From Eledone cirrhosa (Eukaryota), in contig OZ024743.1 in assembly GCA_964016885.1 (NCBI GenBank), forward strand, positions 319,362,001-319,426,000: DNA of 64,000 bases, written 5' to 3'. This document shows, one piece after another, positions 29,311-42,674 of this stretch (position 1 is the first letter of the stretch; every line of letters begins with the position of its first letter). The notes under the pieces are model-generated. The model was not told the DNA's origin and did not search any database. It saw only the letters and a program-made list of their open reading frames with translations. The translations under genes and the position numbers were made by a program.

Positions 29311-29700
29311 GACGGTGGGCTGGCAGAATCGTTAGAGCATCGGACAAAATACTAAGTGATATTTAGCTGCGCTACTTTACATTCTGGGTTTAAATCTCGC
29401 ACAAGTTAAATTTGCTTTTCATACTTCTGGAGTTGATAAAGAAAAGCACCAGTTAAATACACGGACCGATATATTCGATTTCCTCTTCCCATAAGTTGTT
29501 GACCATGTGCAGGAACACAAAACGTTAAAATCGTGTAAAAATAGCTAATTGGTAAACATAACGGTTTCTGATTTGGGCACAAGGCCAGCAATTTGGGGTA
29601 GAGAAAGTCAATTATATGAACCCCAGTATTTAACTGGTCCATTATCGACCCAGGAAGGATAAAAGGCAAAGTTGGTACCGACGGGATTTGAACTTAGAAG
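29311..29700. mobile_element. Two SINE family A copies, tail to tail
   Basis: gacggtgggctggcagaatcgttagagc (+) and gggcacaaggccagcaatttgg...gatttgaact (-). Confidence 0.7.
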
Positions 29701-29714
<14 letters not shown>

Positions 29715-29738
<24 letters not shown>

Positions 29739-29920
29739 TACACAGTGACTTATTAGTTTCACACTTGTGAGAAAGAGCATCTCAACCTATTGGGGATTAG
29801 TCTTTCACCAGAAAAGAGTAAAGTTAGGAAAACAGGGAGGTTCGGATGTTGAAAAAAAAAGAAAAATGTTTTATCATGACGGGTGAGGGGGATAGGAATG
29901 TGGAGGTGTAAGTAGACCGA
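29715..29920 (-). mobile_element. Penelope-like pLTR remnant (same old family as 6030, 9480, 27950)
   Basis: Minus strand ctggtgaaagactaatcccc...aagtgtgaaactaataagtcactgtgtaattt, abutting (TA)n. Confidence 0.5.
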
Positions 29921-30059
29921 CTATATATAGAATCATATATTTGTACCCCCCCCCCCCCCCCTCCCATATATATATATAATATAATATGATATATGTATAT
30001 AAATCAGAGATACATATGCATATATGTATATAAATACATTCTCTCTCTCTCTATCTATC

Positions 30060-30118
<59 letters not shown>

Positions 30119-30305
30119 AACTCTCTCTCTCTCTCTCTATTTCTCTATCTATTTATACATATACATATATACATAAACATATATGCATGCGTATATATAT
30201 TTATGTGCGTATACAAACATATATATATATATATAGTAAACAGATTAAAAACACAAGAAATGAATTAGTAAACATAAATCTTATAGAGTAGAGATCTACA
30301 CGTAT

Positions 30306-30381
<76 letters not shown>

Positions 30382-30593
30382 GTACATACACACACATATA
30401 TATATGTATATACATATATATATGTGTGTGTATGTATGCATGCATGTATGTATATTATTTTTTTCTTTAATACGGTAATTGGAAAGGCTTTCTTCTGGGT
30501 AGTGTTTCTAATTGCACATAAAAAACAACATACAAACCAGGATCCTTTGAAAATCTGCCAACATCATGCATACATACATACATACATATGTAT

Positions 30594-31730
30594 GTTATCT
30601 CTTTCTCTTAATTTCGAGTATATTTTTTTGACCGGCCACCTTCCTGGTGGCAAGGTTGTAAAAGAAAAGAAATTGTCATCCCTTGAATCGCAAGAATGTT
30701 TTGCAAACTTTGAAGGTGCCAGCTATCGCAGCCATTTGTAGACTATGAATTAAGGAGCTCCGCTCTTTGTTTGCAAATCCAATTTCAGTTATATTTTGGT
30801 CCAAGTGGGCTGGTATATAACCCGTAGCTCCAATAATGATGGGTATGAAGTTGAAGGTGTATCTTAGATACTGGATTTGTAAACTCCTCATCAATGGTCC
30901 GTAGATGTCCCCCTTCTCCTGTATTTTTCTTACAACGTTGACATCAAATTGGGAAGCTGATCCCTACAACAGAACACGTTTTCAATGTGTGGTCCCAAAC
31001 AACAATATCAGGCCGGTTGTGCTTTAATTTGGTGGCAGTTTTTATTTTCAGGTTCCACCAGTATTCTTTAGTACAATCTGTCTCAATATATTCTTCCTCG
31101 TTTGTTATTAATTTTGGTTTCCGAAGTGCGTTCCAGATGGTTCTAGCTATTCCATCGTGTCTCATGAGGAGGTAGCAGCGAGATGACATTCTTTCGCAGT
31201 TGGCAACGATGTGGCTTACATATTCGATCTTTGTTTTACGTAGCCTACATTTATTGTCAGCTGATGGCCCTCTTCTTTTGGTAGGGCGTTCTTGTTCTTG
31301 TATTGCATAGAGATATCCCTCAAGGTGTGATGTCATAAACTTCTCGGAAATCCATGCCAGGCTTTTTGAGTGGTTTATCCCCTCTATGGCTTGTGTTTTA
31401 CGTCTCAAGTATCCATGCACAACTTTTTCTGTAAATTGGTCAATTTTTTTCTTCTTGTTTGAACATTGAATAGGATCTTCCGATTTCTCTGGGTGTGAGA
31501 TTTATATCAGGCTTTATTCCATATCTCTCCTCCAGATCAGTGGCTATCCTAATGATATTTTTTTCTTCATGCTCATAAACCTAGGCAAGATGGTTGCCAA
31601 CCTTTTTCCTCTGTTGAAGATGTTGCTTCAGTGTTACTATCCGGGTCTCATATGATGTTAATATGGATTTTAGACACCGGCCACCTTCCTTGCGTGAGAA
31701 TTATAGCCTATCCACATCACCATTGATGTT
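30594..31730 (-). mobile_element. R4/Dong-like non-LTR retrotransposon (restriction-like endonuclease), 5'-truncated, in (TATG)n
   Basis: GDVDRL..SRKEGGR, AIQEQ, degenerate CCHC, RHD and NRPDIVVWD motifs; frameshifted. Confidence 0.88.
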
Positions 31731-31759
31731 GTATGTATGTATGTATGTATGTATGTATG

Positions 31760-31821
<62 letters not shown>

Positions 31822-31839
31822 TGTATGTATGTATGTATG

Positions 31840-32145
31840 CTTAATGGTTAGTGTTTTCGGTTTACAATCGAAAGTTCGTGAGTTCGATTCTCAGAAGCGC
31901 GTAGTGAGCTCGAGCAAGACACTTTATTTTACTTTGTTGTAGTCCATTCAGTTGTCAAAAATGTGTTGTACCTGTATTTCGAAAGGCGAACCATATCACA
32001 TTCTGTGTCACGGCGTATCACCATTAGAACTACGTTAAGGGTACACGTCTCCATGCAATGCTTAGCCACTTGCAAGTCAATTTCACCCGAAGGCTGCTCT
32101 GTCGATCGTACCAACTGGAACACTCGTCACCGTTACCTACGGAGT
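31840..32145 (+). mobile_element. SINE family B
   Basis: ttaatggttagtg...gagttcgattc...gagcaagacactttattt core and long 3' part. Confidence 0.7.
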
Positions 32146-32180
32146 GGTGGTTTATATGTATGTATACAGGAATGCATATA

Positions 32181-32227
<47 letters not shown>

Positions 32228-32276
32228 ATGTGTGTGTGTGTGTATGTGTGTGTGTATGTGTATGTATATATATATA

Positions 32277-32314
<38 letters not shown>

Positions 32315-32316
32315 CA

Positions 32317-32446
<130 letters not shown>

Positions 32447-32447
32447 C

Positions 32448-32510
<63 letters not shown>

Positions 32511-32511
32511 C

Positions 32512-32591
<80 letters not shown>

Positions 32592-32605
32592 CTATATATA
32601 CATAT

Positions 32606-32815
32606 ATAACGAAGGAAATGTGGTAAGGAACCAGATGGACCATAACGCACCAAAGTACTCAATACTTAGGGTAGTAGAGTGGGTAATAAGAACGAGTAGG
32701 ACCCCAACGGCTGAGCTCAAGCCGTTTCGACGGCTAATTCTGGACTAAAAATTTTTAGTCCAGAATTAGCCGTCGAAACGGCTTGAGCTCAGCCGTCGGG
32801 GTCCTACTCGTTCCT
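32606..32815. mobile_element. Fold-back element family F2, copy 1, in (TA)n
   Basis: 62-bp arms (32690-32751 and 32752-32813) with no loop, plus ~85-bp tail. Confidence 0.85.
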
Positions 32816-32865
32816 ATATATATATACATATAAATATATATATATGTATATATATACATACACAC

Positions 32866-32897
<32 letters not shown>

Positions 32898-32914
32898 AAT
32901 ATATATAATAATAA

Positions 32915-33100
32915 TAATTATTTCTACTTTAGGAACAAGGCCAGCAATTACCCAGTGCATTACTGGTACTTTATTTTATCGACCCCGTAAGGATGAAAGG
33001 CAAAGTAAACCTCGGCGGGATTTGAACTCAGACCGTAAAGGGACGTAACTATGCTGGAAAGCATAGCATCCGTCTCTCTACCTATACTACCAATCCACAA
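32915..33100 (-). mobile_element. SINE family A
   Basis: Reverse complement of 14393-14580. Confidence 0.9.
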
Positions 33101-33398
33101 TGATATTATTTATAGTTATGTATATACTATAAACAGGAAAGGTCAGTAATTTAATTTATTACTACCTTATCACCAGTTAGGTAAATAGCTCATTGTAAGA
33201 ACATCAGGTGTTTTACAGAGCAGGAATATAAACTACACAAATATCAAAGTTATGTTGAAATCATTTATTTGTTGTTGTTTTTTCCAAACTTTCGTTTGAT
33301 GTCTTCTGAATAATGCTCCGATGACTGCAAACGAAAATTTGGAAGAAACAATTGTCAGCAATTAAATGATTTTTTAACATAACTTTGATATTTGTGTA

Positions 33399-33430
<32 letters not shown>

Positions 33431-33435
<5 letters not shown>

Positions 33436-33606
33436 AAAAGGTATGACCCCGACGGCAGAGCTCAAGCCGTTTCGACGGCTATTTCTGGAGTCAATAAATA
33501 GCCGTCGAAACGGCTTGAGCTCTGCCGTCGGGGTCATACCTTTTCCTATTACCCACTCTACTACCCTGAAGTATTGAGTACTCTGGTGCGTTACCACAAT
33601 TCCTTC

Positions 33607-33610
<4 letters not shown>
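33431..33610. mobile_element. Fold-back element family F2, copy 2 (opposite orientation)
   Basis: 54-bp arms (33431-33484 and 33496-33549), 11-nt loop, tail homologous to 32606-32689. Confidence 0.85.
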
Positions 33611-33645
<35 letters not shown>

Positions 33646-34759
33646 ATCTTAACATAGAAATGGCTTCCACAAGACTAGAACTGTTTCATTCAAAGGAAAC
33701 CACCAGGAAGCCATTTCCATATTAAACTTGATGTTTGCACGCCATTAAGTACCTTGCGAACTGTGGTTACCCCTGATTGAACCTGACACACACACAGACA
33801 CAGACACAGACAGACACACACACATATATATATCCAGATAGTTGTACCTATTGATACATAACGTACATATACATGAATATTAACGGAATATACTTTCTCT
33901 ATCTCTTACTACCGAACTATATCCCCTTTGGAACAACAACATCAACAACATCAACAACAGCAACAACAAAAGTAAATCCACACAGAACGCACTACTATTC
34001 TTTTGAAGTATTGCCAAAATAGCAACTTCCGTTAATGAAACAGTAGTCTTACTTCATCAAAAAAATCTCATAGCATCGTTGGTTTAACGGCTATTTTTGT
34101 AGCAAGTTGTGATATAAGAAAGAAGATAATATATGTAAGACTTCCCCTTCTCTCTCCCCTCTCTCTCTTCCTCTTTTTCTCTCCCTCTCTCTATCTTTCC
34201 AAGCTACAATTTTATTTGCTTTGTTGTTTTTATATATTCGTTTTTACTTTTTCTCTAACAAAATTTATTTTTTTCTCTTCTCTATTTTTTTTTATTCATT
34301 TTTGTGCTAGGGTGGAATGGAGGGCTGGGATAAATTCGATATTTTCTTAAAATAATTACTTTCAGATACGTAATTTTAAATAAGATCGTTAAAAAGATGC
34401 CACATAATAAAGAATAAAAAATAACTTTATACAAAATACCTAAACTGTAAGAACTGATCCATAGCTTGTATATTTATATCTATATTTATATCTTTACTCT
34501 TTTACCTGTTCCAACCATCCGGCTGAGGCCATGCTGGGGCACTGCCCTTGTTAAAAACTAAAGTGTTTAGTTTAGATACTGGCAAGGATTGAACTCCAGA
34601 CCAGGTACTCCACCGCCTCTTATACCTCGCACTAGACCACAGAGACACATATTTATATATTTTGTGGCATAATTTAATAAGATCACGTATCTCATAATTA
34701 CTAAAAATTAAAAAGATAAATAAAACGATCACGAATACAAGAGGCCGCAATGGGGTTCC

Positions 34760-35152
34760 TCAGAAGAAAAGTCTTTGGAGTTATGTTACTCGATAGCTTG
34801 CGTAGTTCGGAGATGAGAGAGTCGCTCCAGGTAGAGCCGCAACTTCTTCGAATTACAGCACCGATACTACGGGCATGTGGTTAGAATGTCTCAAGAACGA
34901 ATCACCGAACAGATTTTTTGGACAAAACCAACTGGCAGGAGACCCAGGGGTAGATCTTGAGGAAGATGGATAACAACCATGAGCGCAGCTGGTCTCACTG
35001 GGGGATCAAGTCGGATCAATTGGAGACGGTTGCTTCTGACAGGAGCCGCTGGAAAGAGTGTTCGGGAACGCTACTCCCTCGATTCTCTCATGAATAAGTC
35101 AATGAAGAAGAAGAAGAAGAAGAAGAAGAAGAAGAAGAAGAAGAAGAAGAAG
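34760..35152 (+). mobile_element. RTE LINE 3' end with (GAA)n tail
   Basis: RYYGHVVRMSQERI...KPTGRRPRG coding remnant, followed by (GAA)n at about 35104-35152. Confidence 0.75.
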
Positions 35153-35409
35153 ATCACGTATCTCAAAGACATCAAGGGAGCCCACGTTGTTGACCTCCTA
35201 ACGGTGGGTTTTGGAAACTGATCACTGATCTCTGATTTCGATCAGGAGAACCACAACTTGAGACAGCAACAGTCTCATAGGCAACAAGATGAAAGACATC
35301 AAGAATACTTAGGTTATTAACACCATTGTATGTTCATTTATTTATTTTGTTTGTTGATGTTTTTTTTTTTTTAGATATTTGACTGATATAAAATACCAGG
35401 CATTAAATG

Positions 35410-35620
35410 GTGGCACGTGACCTAGTAGTAAGGGTGTTTGATTTTCGATCATAATGCCGTCGGTTCTATTCCTGGATTGGGTTGTGTGTTGTGTTCTTGA
35501 GTAAAACACTTCATTTCACGTTGCTCGAGTATAGTCAGCTGAAAATGAGTACCAACAATAGCTGGGAGTTTAACCCTGCGATGAACTGTCGTCCTGTCAA
35601 GGGTGGGTGAGGGAGCCTTG
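35410..35620 (+). mobile_element. SINE family B
   Basis: ggcacgtgacctagtagtaaggg...gtgttcttgagtaaaacacttcatttcacgttgct. Confidence 0.7.
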
Positions 35621-36480
35621 TACTCTCAGTTGTTTAACATCACGGATACAGGAAAAAGCACCTGTCTGATGAGTCTCGGAGCTTGGGACAGACTTTTTTT
35701 TAGACCATTGAAACCTCTGGAGTCTTCCCTGCCTGGACATCCACAAAGGAGCAGAAAATGACTAAATACCATAAAAAGAGACTGACCGTATCCTTTTTGT
35801 GCCAGTCGCCATTGTGGCTTCTGACGTCCATGATCTACGGACTGCAGTTTTTTCCTCAAAATCTGATGGAGGACATCTCGCCTGGGGAAAGAATCCCGTG
35901 GAGTGGAATGGTTGATTCAATGAGTGTCACCAGCTATTATGCACTGTAGTGTCCACGTGGTGCAGTCAAAATATACTGACCAGCCAAGTGGGTAGGGTTT
36001 GCCCATTTTTCATTTCTCAAACATTTCTTTTCTTTCTTTTCTTTTTCCTTCTCATATTTTTTTTTTTTTTTAATTTTGTTTACAGAAATAAAGATTGATG
36101 TTTGGCAGAGACCAAGCAGAATATCTTCTTTTATAAAGTACCATAAAAATTGCAATTCAAGTCAGTATGAAGCTATAGTGGTACGCCAACGCAGTAATAG
36201 AAAATCGAAGTTCAAATGTCTTGAGTTGGCCAATTCTGGCAGGATTGAATAAGGAGATATATTTAAACTGTGTTTAAACTTTAAAAGTGCCATATATTCA
36301 GTTGCTTCCGTTGGGATTGAAAATATTTAAACTTTGATTTAATCTCTCGCTTCAAACCCCTTATCTCACTACAGGCAGGACTATATCAGCTTTAAATCTG
36401 CTTTAGCAAGGGACTCGTGTAGTATTAAAGTCGATATTAGACTTACTGATTACATTTTACATTTAGTACTGTCTGATACA

Positions 36481-36660
36481 AGGCGACGAATTGGCAGATT
36501 CGTTAGACCATTGTATAAAAATATTTTCTGTATTCGTTCCGTCTCTCTGCTGTCTATGTTCTGAGTTCAAATTCCACCAAGTTTAACCTTGCCATTCATC
36601 CTTTCGAGGTAAAAAAAAAAAGTACTAATCCAGTACTGGAGTTGATTCTTCCTCTATTAC
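36481..36660 (+). mobile_element. SINE family A
   Basis: aggcgacgaattggcagattcgttag...ctgagttcaaattcc...cctttcgagg. Confidence 0.7.
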
Positions 36661-37384
36661 ACTCTCTCTAATTCTCTGGAAGAAATTGGCTATGTTTAGA
36701 CCTGGAGATGCGGAGGGCTCCGACATGTTTAAAATGTCCAAGAAACACCGTATATCTCCACGGTGTAATTACGACTCTACAGGTAGCTACGGATTCATTC
36801 ATACATATACTGGGATATCATTTTTGACTCTCTACATTTCTTCAGATATATGAATGCTTATATTTCAATCTTATTCCATTTGATTTTCATTTTTCAATTC
36901 TTGTGTGTCACGCAACCCATGAATTGATTATTTCTGCCTTGATCATTTTCAGTGGGCTCTCATCCTCATACTAAAAAGCAAGTTAGACTGACCGTTTCAG
37001 ATATATTCAACATGTAATTCTACGTGATTGACTTATATAGTGTTGCAGTAATAATATTCCTCTGTATGCAGAATCATAAGGTTAGTCATCTTCCGATGAG
37101 GAGACGAAAAAACACGAAAGGCATAAAAGTAAACACTTACGTTTGTCTGTTGAAGATGTTGAACATGTTTACACTTCATTCTTTTTACATCTAATTTAAA
37201 AGCAACTGCTGTTATCTTGCAAAAATAATAATCATATACACACAAACATACATACATACACACACACGCGCGCACACACAGACACACACTCATACACACA
37301 CACATATATATATATATAAATATATATATTGTGTGTGTCAGTGTGTGTGTGTGGTGTGTGAGTATGTGTGTGCGAATGTATGTA

Positions 37385-37429
<45 letters not shown>

Positions 37430-37570
37430 GTTCCACAACAGTTAATTCATCATTTTCGAAAACAATTGTTTCACCTTAGTCGGAACATTTTACTATTACT
37501 CACTCTACTACCCTACGTATCGAGTACTCTGGTGCGTTATGGTCCACCTGGCATCTTACCACACCCTCTT

Positions 37571-37607
<37 letters not shown>

Positions 37608-37615
<8 letters not shown>

Positions 37616-37958
37616 ATACTTGGGGAGGGTCATATTTGTGTAATATTGCCAGAATTAATAACAGAACACACTCACTGTTTGGTTGGTTTTCGCTTTTCGC
37701 TTCTGTGTCTTTTATATCGGTAATCTAATTTATTCGGTCCTCAATGTTGCCATTGACTGACCAACGGTAAAAAATAACAGAGATATAATATGGAATAAAT
37801 TAGATTACCGATATAAAAGACACAGAAGCGAAAAGCGAAAACCAACCAAACAGTGAGTGTGTTCTGTTATTAATTCTGGCAATATTACACAAATATGACC
37901 CTCCCCAAGTATAACAATATTTGTTTCGACACACGATTTCATATCAAAAACCTCGCAA

Positions 37959-37961
<3 letters not shown>
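37608..37961. mobile_element. Fold-back element family F3 in (TA)n
   Basis: 128-bp arms (37608-37735 and 37793-37920), 57-nt spacer, ~40-nt tail; a ~30-nt piece of it also lies in (TA)n at about 17913-17943. Confidence 0.85.
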
Positions 37962-38003
<42 letters not shown>

Positions 38004-38271
38004 TATGGGTTATATCGAATATTAATAATAATATTCTATCTTTTCATGATATGCTGGTAGACGAACGAGCTGGACAGATCGGTGATCATGAAAAAATTAT
38101 ACATTTTCTATGTTTTTCTTTATGTTATACATAAAACTTTATATCTTCGAAATATATATAATGAAATAAATAGAGATGATATAAAGTATATATCTTTCGT
38201 TTATTACTATTATATATAAATATATATGCATGTATGTATGTATGTATGTATGTATGTATGTATGTATGTAT

Positions 38272-38671
38272 GTTATCTCTTAATTTCGAGTATATTTTTT
38301 TGACCGGCCACCTTCCTGGTGGCAAGGTTGTAAAAGAAAAGAAATTGTCATCCCTTGAATCGCAAGAATGTTTTGCAAATTTTGAAGGTGCCAGCTATCG
38401 CAGCCATTTGTAGACTATGAATTAGGGAGCTGCGCTTTTTGTCCGCAAATCCAAGTTCAGTCATACTTTGGTCCAAGCGGGTTGGTATATAACCCGTAGC
38501 TCCAATAATGATGGGTATGAAGCTAAAAGTGTATCTTGGATACTGGATTTGTAAACTCCTCATCAATGGTCGTAGATGTCCTCCTTCTCCTGTATTTTTC
38601 TGACAACGTTTACATCAAGTGGGCAGCTGATCTCCACAACAGAACACGTTTTCAATGTGTGGTCCCAAACA

Positions 38672-38672
<1 letters not shown>
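38272..38672 (-). mobile_element. R4/Dong-like 3' fragment, same family as 30594-31730, flanked by (TATG)n
   Basis: Closely similar to 30594-31005; [18 protein letters not shown] and FIPIIIGATG. Confidence 0.88.
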
Positions 38673-38702
<30 letters not shown>

Positions 38703-38750
38703 TGTATGTATGTATGTATGTATGTATGTATGTATGTATGTATGTATGTA

Positions 38751-39166
38751 TCTCCAGGAGAGATGACCCCTTAGCCTTTGTCAAGGAAGAATTCTAGGAG
38801 AAGGAAAATTCTGATATAACACCTGCAACCCTGATGGTATCCAATGATGTTGACTTGTTCTTCTTTTTGGTAAATATAATCTTGGTTAAGAGAGTGGGAC
38901 TGGCTTTGTGCAGTGCCTTTGCTCCCCATAAAAGCTTCACGGCACAGTCATTGCTTTATATCTGAAGATCTCTCTGCACTTGTCATCACATGGTACCATG
39001 GGCCCAGCACTATGTGTCAATAATTGTCACAACTGTAGTGTTTGTACCAGAGTTTTCAAGTCGCTGGCTGGACTAAAAAGTCACACTCGTTCAGCGCATC
39101 GGTAGGGGTTCTCCTACATGGATATAAAGTAGTGGCCGTACTCGAAAACGAGTTGGCAGCCACCAT
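38751..39166 (+). mobile_element. Non-autonomous RTE-derived element, 5'-truncated copy with (GTAT)n tail
   Basis: Reverse complement of 50205-50635; ends in a C2H2 remnant CSVCTRVFKSLAGLKSHTRSAHR. Confidence 0.8.
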
Positions 39167-39225
39167 GTATGTATGTATGTATGTATGTATGTATGTATGT
39201 ATGTATGTATGTATGTATGTATGTA

Positions 39226-39299
<74 letters not shown>

Positions 39300-39324
39300 T
39301 ATGCATAGTTACATTTATGTATCA

Positions 39325-39642
39325 GCTTGCTAGGGCGAGAAATAAAATTCTAATCTTATTTTTAGTTTTCTGCACGGTCAACCGTAACACGCTCGGTATG
39401 AAAATAAGGCCACTCAGCCGATGTGTACGTAAGAAAATACTATATATTTTCAAACGTTCAACAGATTGGCGGAGGTATACATTCCTGATGAAGGGTAATG
39501 ACCCAGAAACATGTTGATTTTTCCTTAATGTCAGTGTTGAACAAACGGGTGACAATTTTCATCGACACGGCACAGCTTTAATCGGGCCGTTTGTTTACAA
39601 ACGAATCGAATATTATTAGTAGTATTCGATATAACCCATACG
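39325..39642 (+). mobile_element. Non-coding pLTR-like insert with hammerhead core at 39485-39516
   Basis: CTGATGA-A-GGGT aatg ACCC-A-GAAA-CATG-TT, between (TG)n and (TA)n; stem I weak. Confidence 0.55.
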
Positions 39643-39645
39643 TAC

Positions 39646-39710
<65 letters not shown>

Positions 39711-40154
39711 TGAATGTATAGTATATTTGGCAATATACCGTATGTTTAATTAAAAACATTTAGAAGACCATACACTATCAGTTTTAAAGTAGTGACTATG
39801 TCACTTACTTCATTTCGGCGAAAGAAGGGATAGAAGCTGACAGTCTGTTTCACGCTGGTTGGCGTTCATCAGAGTCACGTACTCCCCTGCTTTCGCCGAA
39901 AATTAAAGAAGCTGGATTCTTACAGAATTCCAGTAATAATCAGGAGCTGATTATACAGAACGATTGCTGGTGTGTGTGTTTACGTGTGTGTGTGTATATA
40001 TATATATGTGCGTGTGTGTGTGTACGTATACATACTTATACACACACACATATATATGTAATAAAGCATTATGAGATATGTTATAAAGAAATTATTGGGG
40101 AAGCTGGTACAATCTAAGTAGGGAATATAAAGATGGAACGAGAGTTGAGTAAAA

Positions 40155-40555
40155 CAATAATGATTTCTAACTGAGGCACAAGGCCAACAATTTTAGGGGG
40201 GGGGGGGGGGGGTCTCCTAAATCGACCCAGTACATTACTGATGCTTTATTTTGTCGACCCTGTAAGGGTGTAAGGCAAAGCTAACCTCGACAGAATTTGA
40301 ACTCAGAACGTAAAGGGCCATAATTCTATACTGTAAAGTATGTATTCCGACGCTCTCCCGATACTGCCAATCCACCGCCCTTGAGTAAAATAATAATTTT
40401 TTCTACTATATGCACAAGGCCAGCAAGTTTTTGGGAGGGGAAAGTCGATTAAATTGACTTCAGGACATTACTGGTGCTTTATTTTATCGACCCTGTAAGG
40501 ATGAAAGGCTAAGCTAACCCCAGCGGGATTTGAACTCAAAACGCAAAGAGCTTTA
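40155..40555 (-). mobile_element. Two tandem SINE family A copies
   Basis: gcacaaggcca...tcgaccctgtaagg...gatttgaactca occurs twice. Confidence 0.8.
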
Positions 40556-40979
40556 AGTAAAATAATAATGACCACAAAAAATATTTTTACTCTGTATATT
40601 TCATATCTCAATCTTATAAGATCCTTTTGAAATGATGGACGAATAAAATTCGAAGCGTCATCTTTCTATGATCTTTCCCATGCTGTGGAATGTTTAGCCG
40701 AGTTGATTAAAGTAATGTGAAATGAAGTACTTTCTTCAGGAAAACAATGCGCCACCAGAGCCGACCATCGGGACCCCAAGCTTACCATTGTGAGCCTAAA
40801 ATTCTAACCACAAGATCACGCACCTTCACTTCTGGTTGGATTAGAAGTCCCCTGCGAGATTTCTGAATTAGAAAAGTACGTTAAAGATTCTAATTGGGAA
40901 TGATAAGCACATTACTTTTGCTAAGTGAATCCTATGCACTAGTAACACATACTTCCAATAGGTTTAAGAGAGTCACATG

Positions 40980-41155
40980 CATTGTGGCATACAGTTACGC
41001 CCCTTTACGTTGTGAGTCCAAAACTCATCGGAGTTAGCTTTGCCTTTCAACTTTAAGGGGTCGATACAATAAAGTAGCAGTAATATACTGGGGTCGATTT
41101 AATCGACTTTCACCTCTCCTAAATTGTCCTTGTGCCTAAATCAGAAACCGTTATT
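40980..41155 (+). mobile_element. SINE family A, 5'-truncated
   Basis: ctttgcctttcaa...ggggtcgatacaataaagtagcagtaatatactggggtcgatt. Confidence 0.75.
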
Positions 41156-41194
41156 TATTAAGCTATCGTAGGATTTCTGAAAGAGGTAATATAT

Positions 41195-41400
41195 TTGTGT
41201 TAGTCTTAGTCTTGGGTCTTTCCACGCCTTGACATACTCAAAGAAGCAAGCTTTCGCCAGCTCAGTTGGCCTGGTACAGTTCTCTCCGCAACTGTCCAAC
41301 TATATAATTTCTGTATCTGACGTCCTCCAGGAATGTTCAGCGCCAGATATTCTTGGGTCGGTCCCCGCTCTGCCTTCTTTTCTCCTCAGAATGTTACCCA
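41195..41400 (-). pseudogene. LINE (RTE-like) 3' fragment
   Basis: Minus-strand DRPKNIWR-type motif and a (GACTAA)-like tail. Confidence 0.45.
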
Positions 41401-41464
41401 CCAAACGAAACCGATGCAGCAAAATAACGTAGTATAGGGATAGGTTAAAAAAATATTGACTTAA

Positions 41465-41615
41465 ATGACTTATAGTCTTCTGGTGAAGGGTTTTAGATCC
41501 GAAATATTGGGACAGGTACATCCAATAACAGGCGACATACTAACATCTTCATTGCATTCAATTTATTCCAAAATCTACCGACGGTTTTGCATTATCATAG
41601 CCTTCAAATAATATA
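41465..41615 (+). mobile_element. Solo pLTR related to the Penelope element at 16080-17612
   Basis: tatagtcttctggtgaagggttttagatccgaaatattggg...agccttcaaataa aligns with 17478-17612; core mutated to CTGGTGA. Confidence 0.7.
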
Positions 41616-42276
41616 CGACTTTTTATTCATTAACACAATGCTTCCTATAAACTACAACACATTCTTATATAATTTATTTATTTTTCTGGTCCTTGGCGTA
41701 AATTTAGTCAGTAAGACAATTATTAATAGAAATAACATTAAAGGAGATTAATATTGAATGTAATAACACGAAATAAATTATAATGTCAATAAATAGTTTT
41801 AATTAATATAATATTCCCTGCTGTGTCCAGAAAAGGATTCAAACATATTGTATTTAATATCTAATGAGTATATTTGTGAATTTATATTCCCATGTTGCAT
41901 ATGTCAATCGTATTCTTTCTTTGATACGTCGCTTATATCAGTTACAACTGTTAATAATTTGTGGCATACAGCCAAAGTAGTTTATTTGCGGCTACTTTAG
42001 CCCTAATTCTATAATTTACTGCTATTTACACACGCAGAGAGTCTAGGAATTTTTTTTTCTTTTACTTTGAAATAAGTACAATAAAGAACTAAACGGCTTT
42101 TTTTACGATCTTCATAATCTCATTCTATCCATCCTTCACTTTTATAGAGACAAAATAATACTTCCTTCCTCTCAACGCACTAAATATATCGTCAATGATC
42201 TGTCCCTCTCTCTTTTTCTATCAATCTATCTATCTCTCTGTTTGTCTGAATGTCTGTCTGTCTATCTATCTGTTTG

Positions 42277-42380
<104 letters not shown>

Positions 42381-42612
42381 ACCTGAACATTATTTATCAC
42401 AACTTGTAGAAATCTTATAACGAAACGATCGTATGGAAGGAAAGAGAGATTTATTTAATTGTCTCATAGAAAATAATACAACCACGGAATACTGTATAGT
42501 TAGCACCTCAAACACTAAATTGGGATTATACTTAGGTATATCCTAATGTTTGTTGAGTGAGATGGAGTTGGTCAGAGTATCGCTTAAAGCTTTCTCTGTT
42601 AATGTATTAAAA

Positions 42613-42671
<59 letters not shown>

Positions 42672-42674
<3 letters not shown>

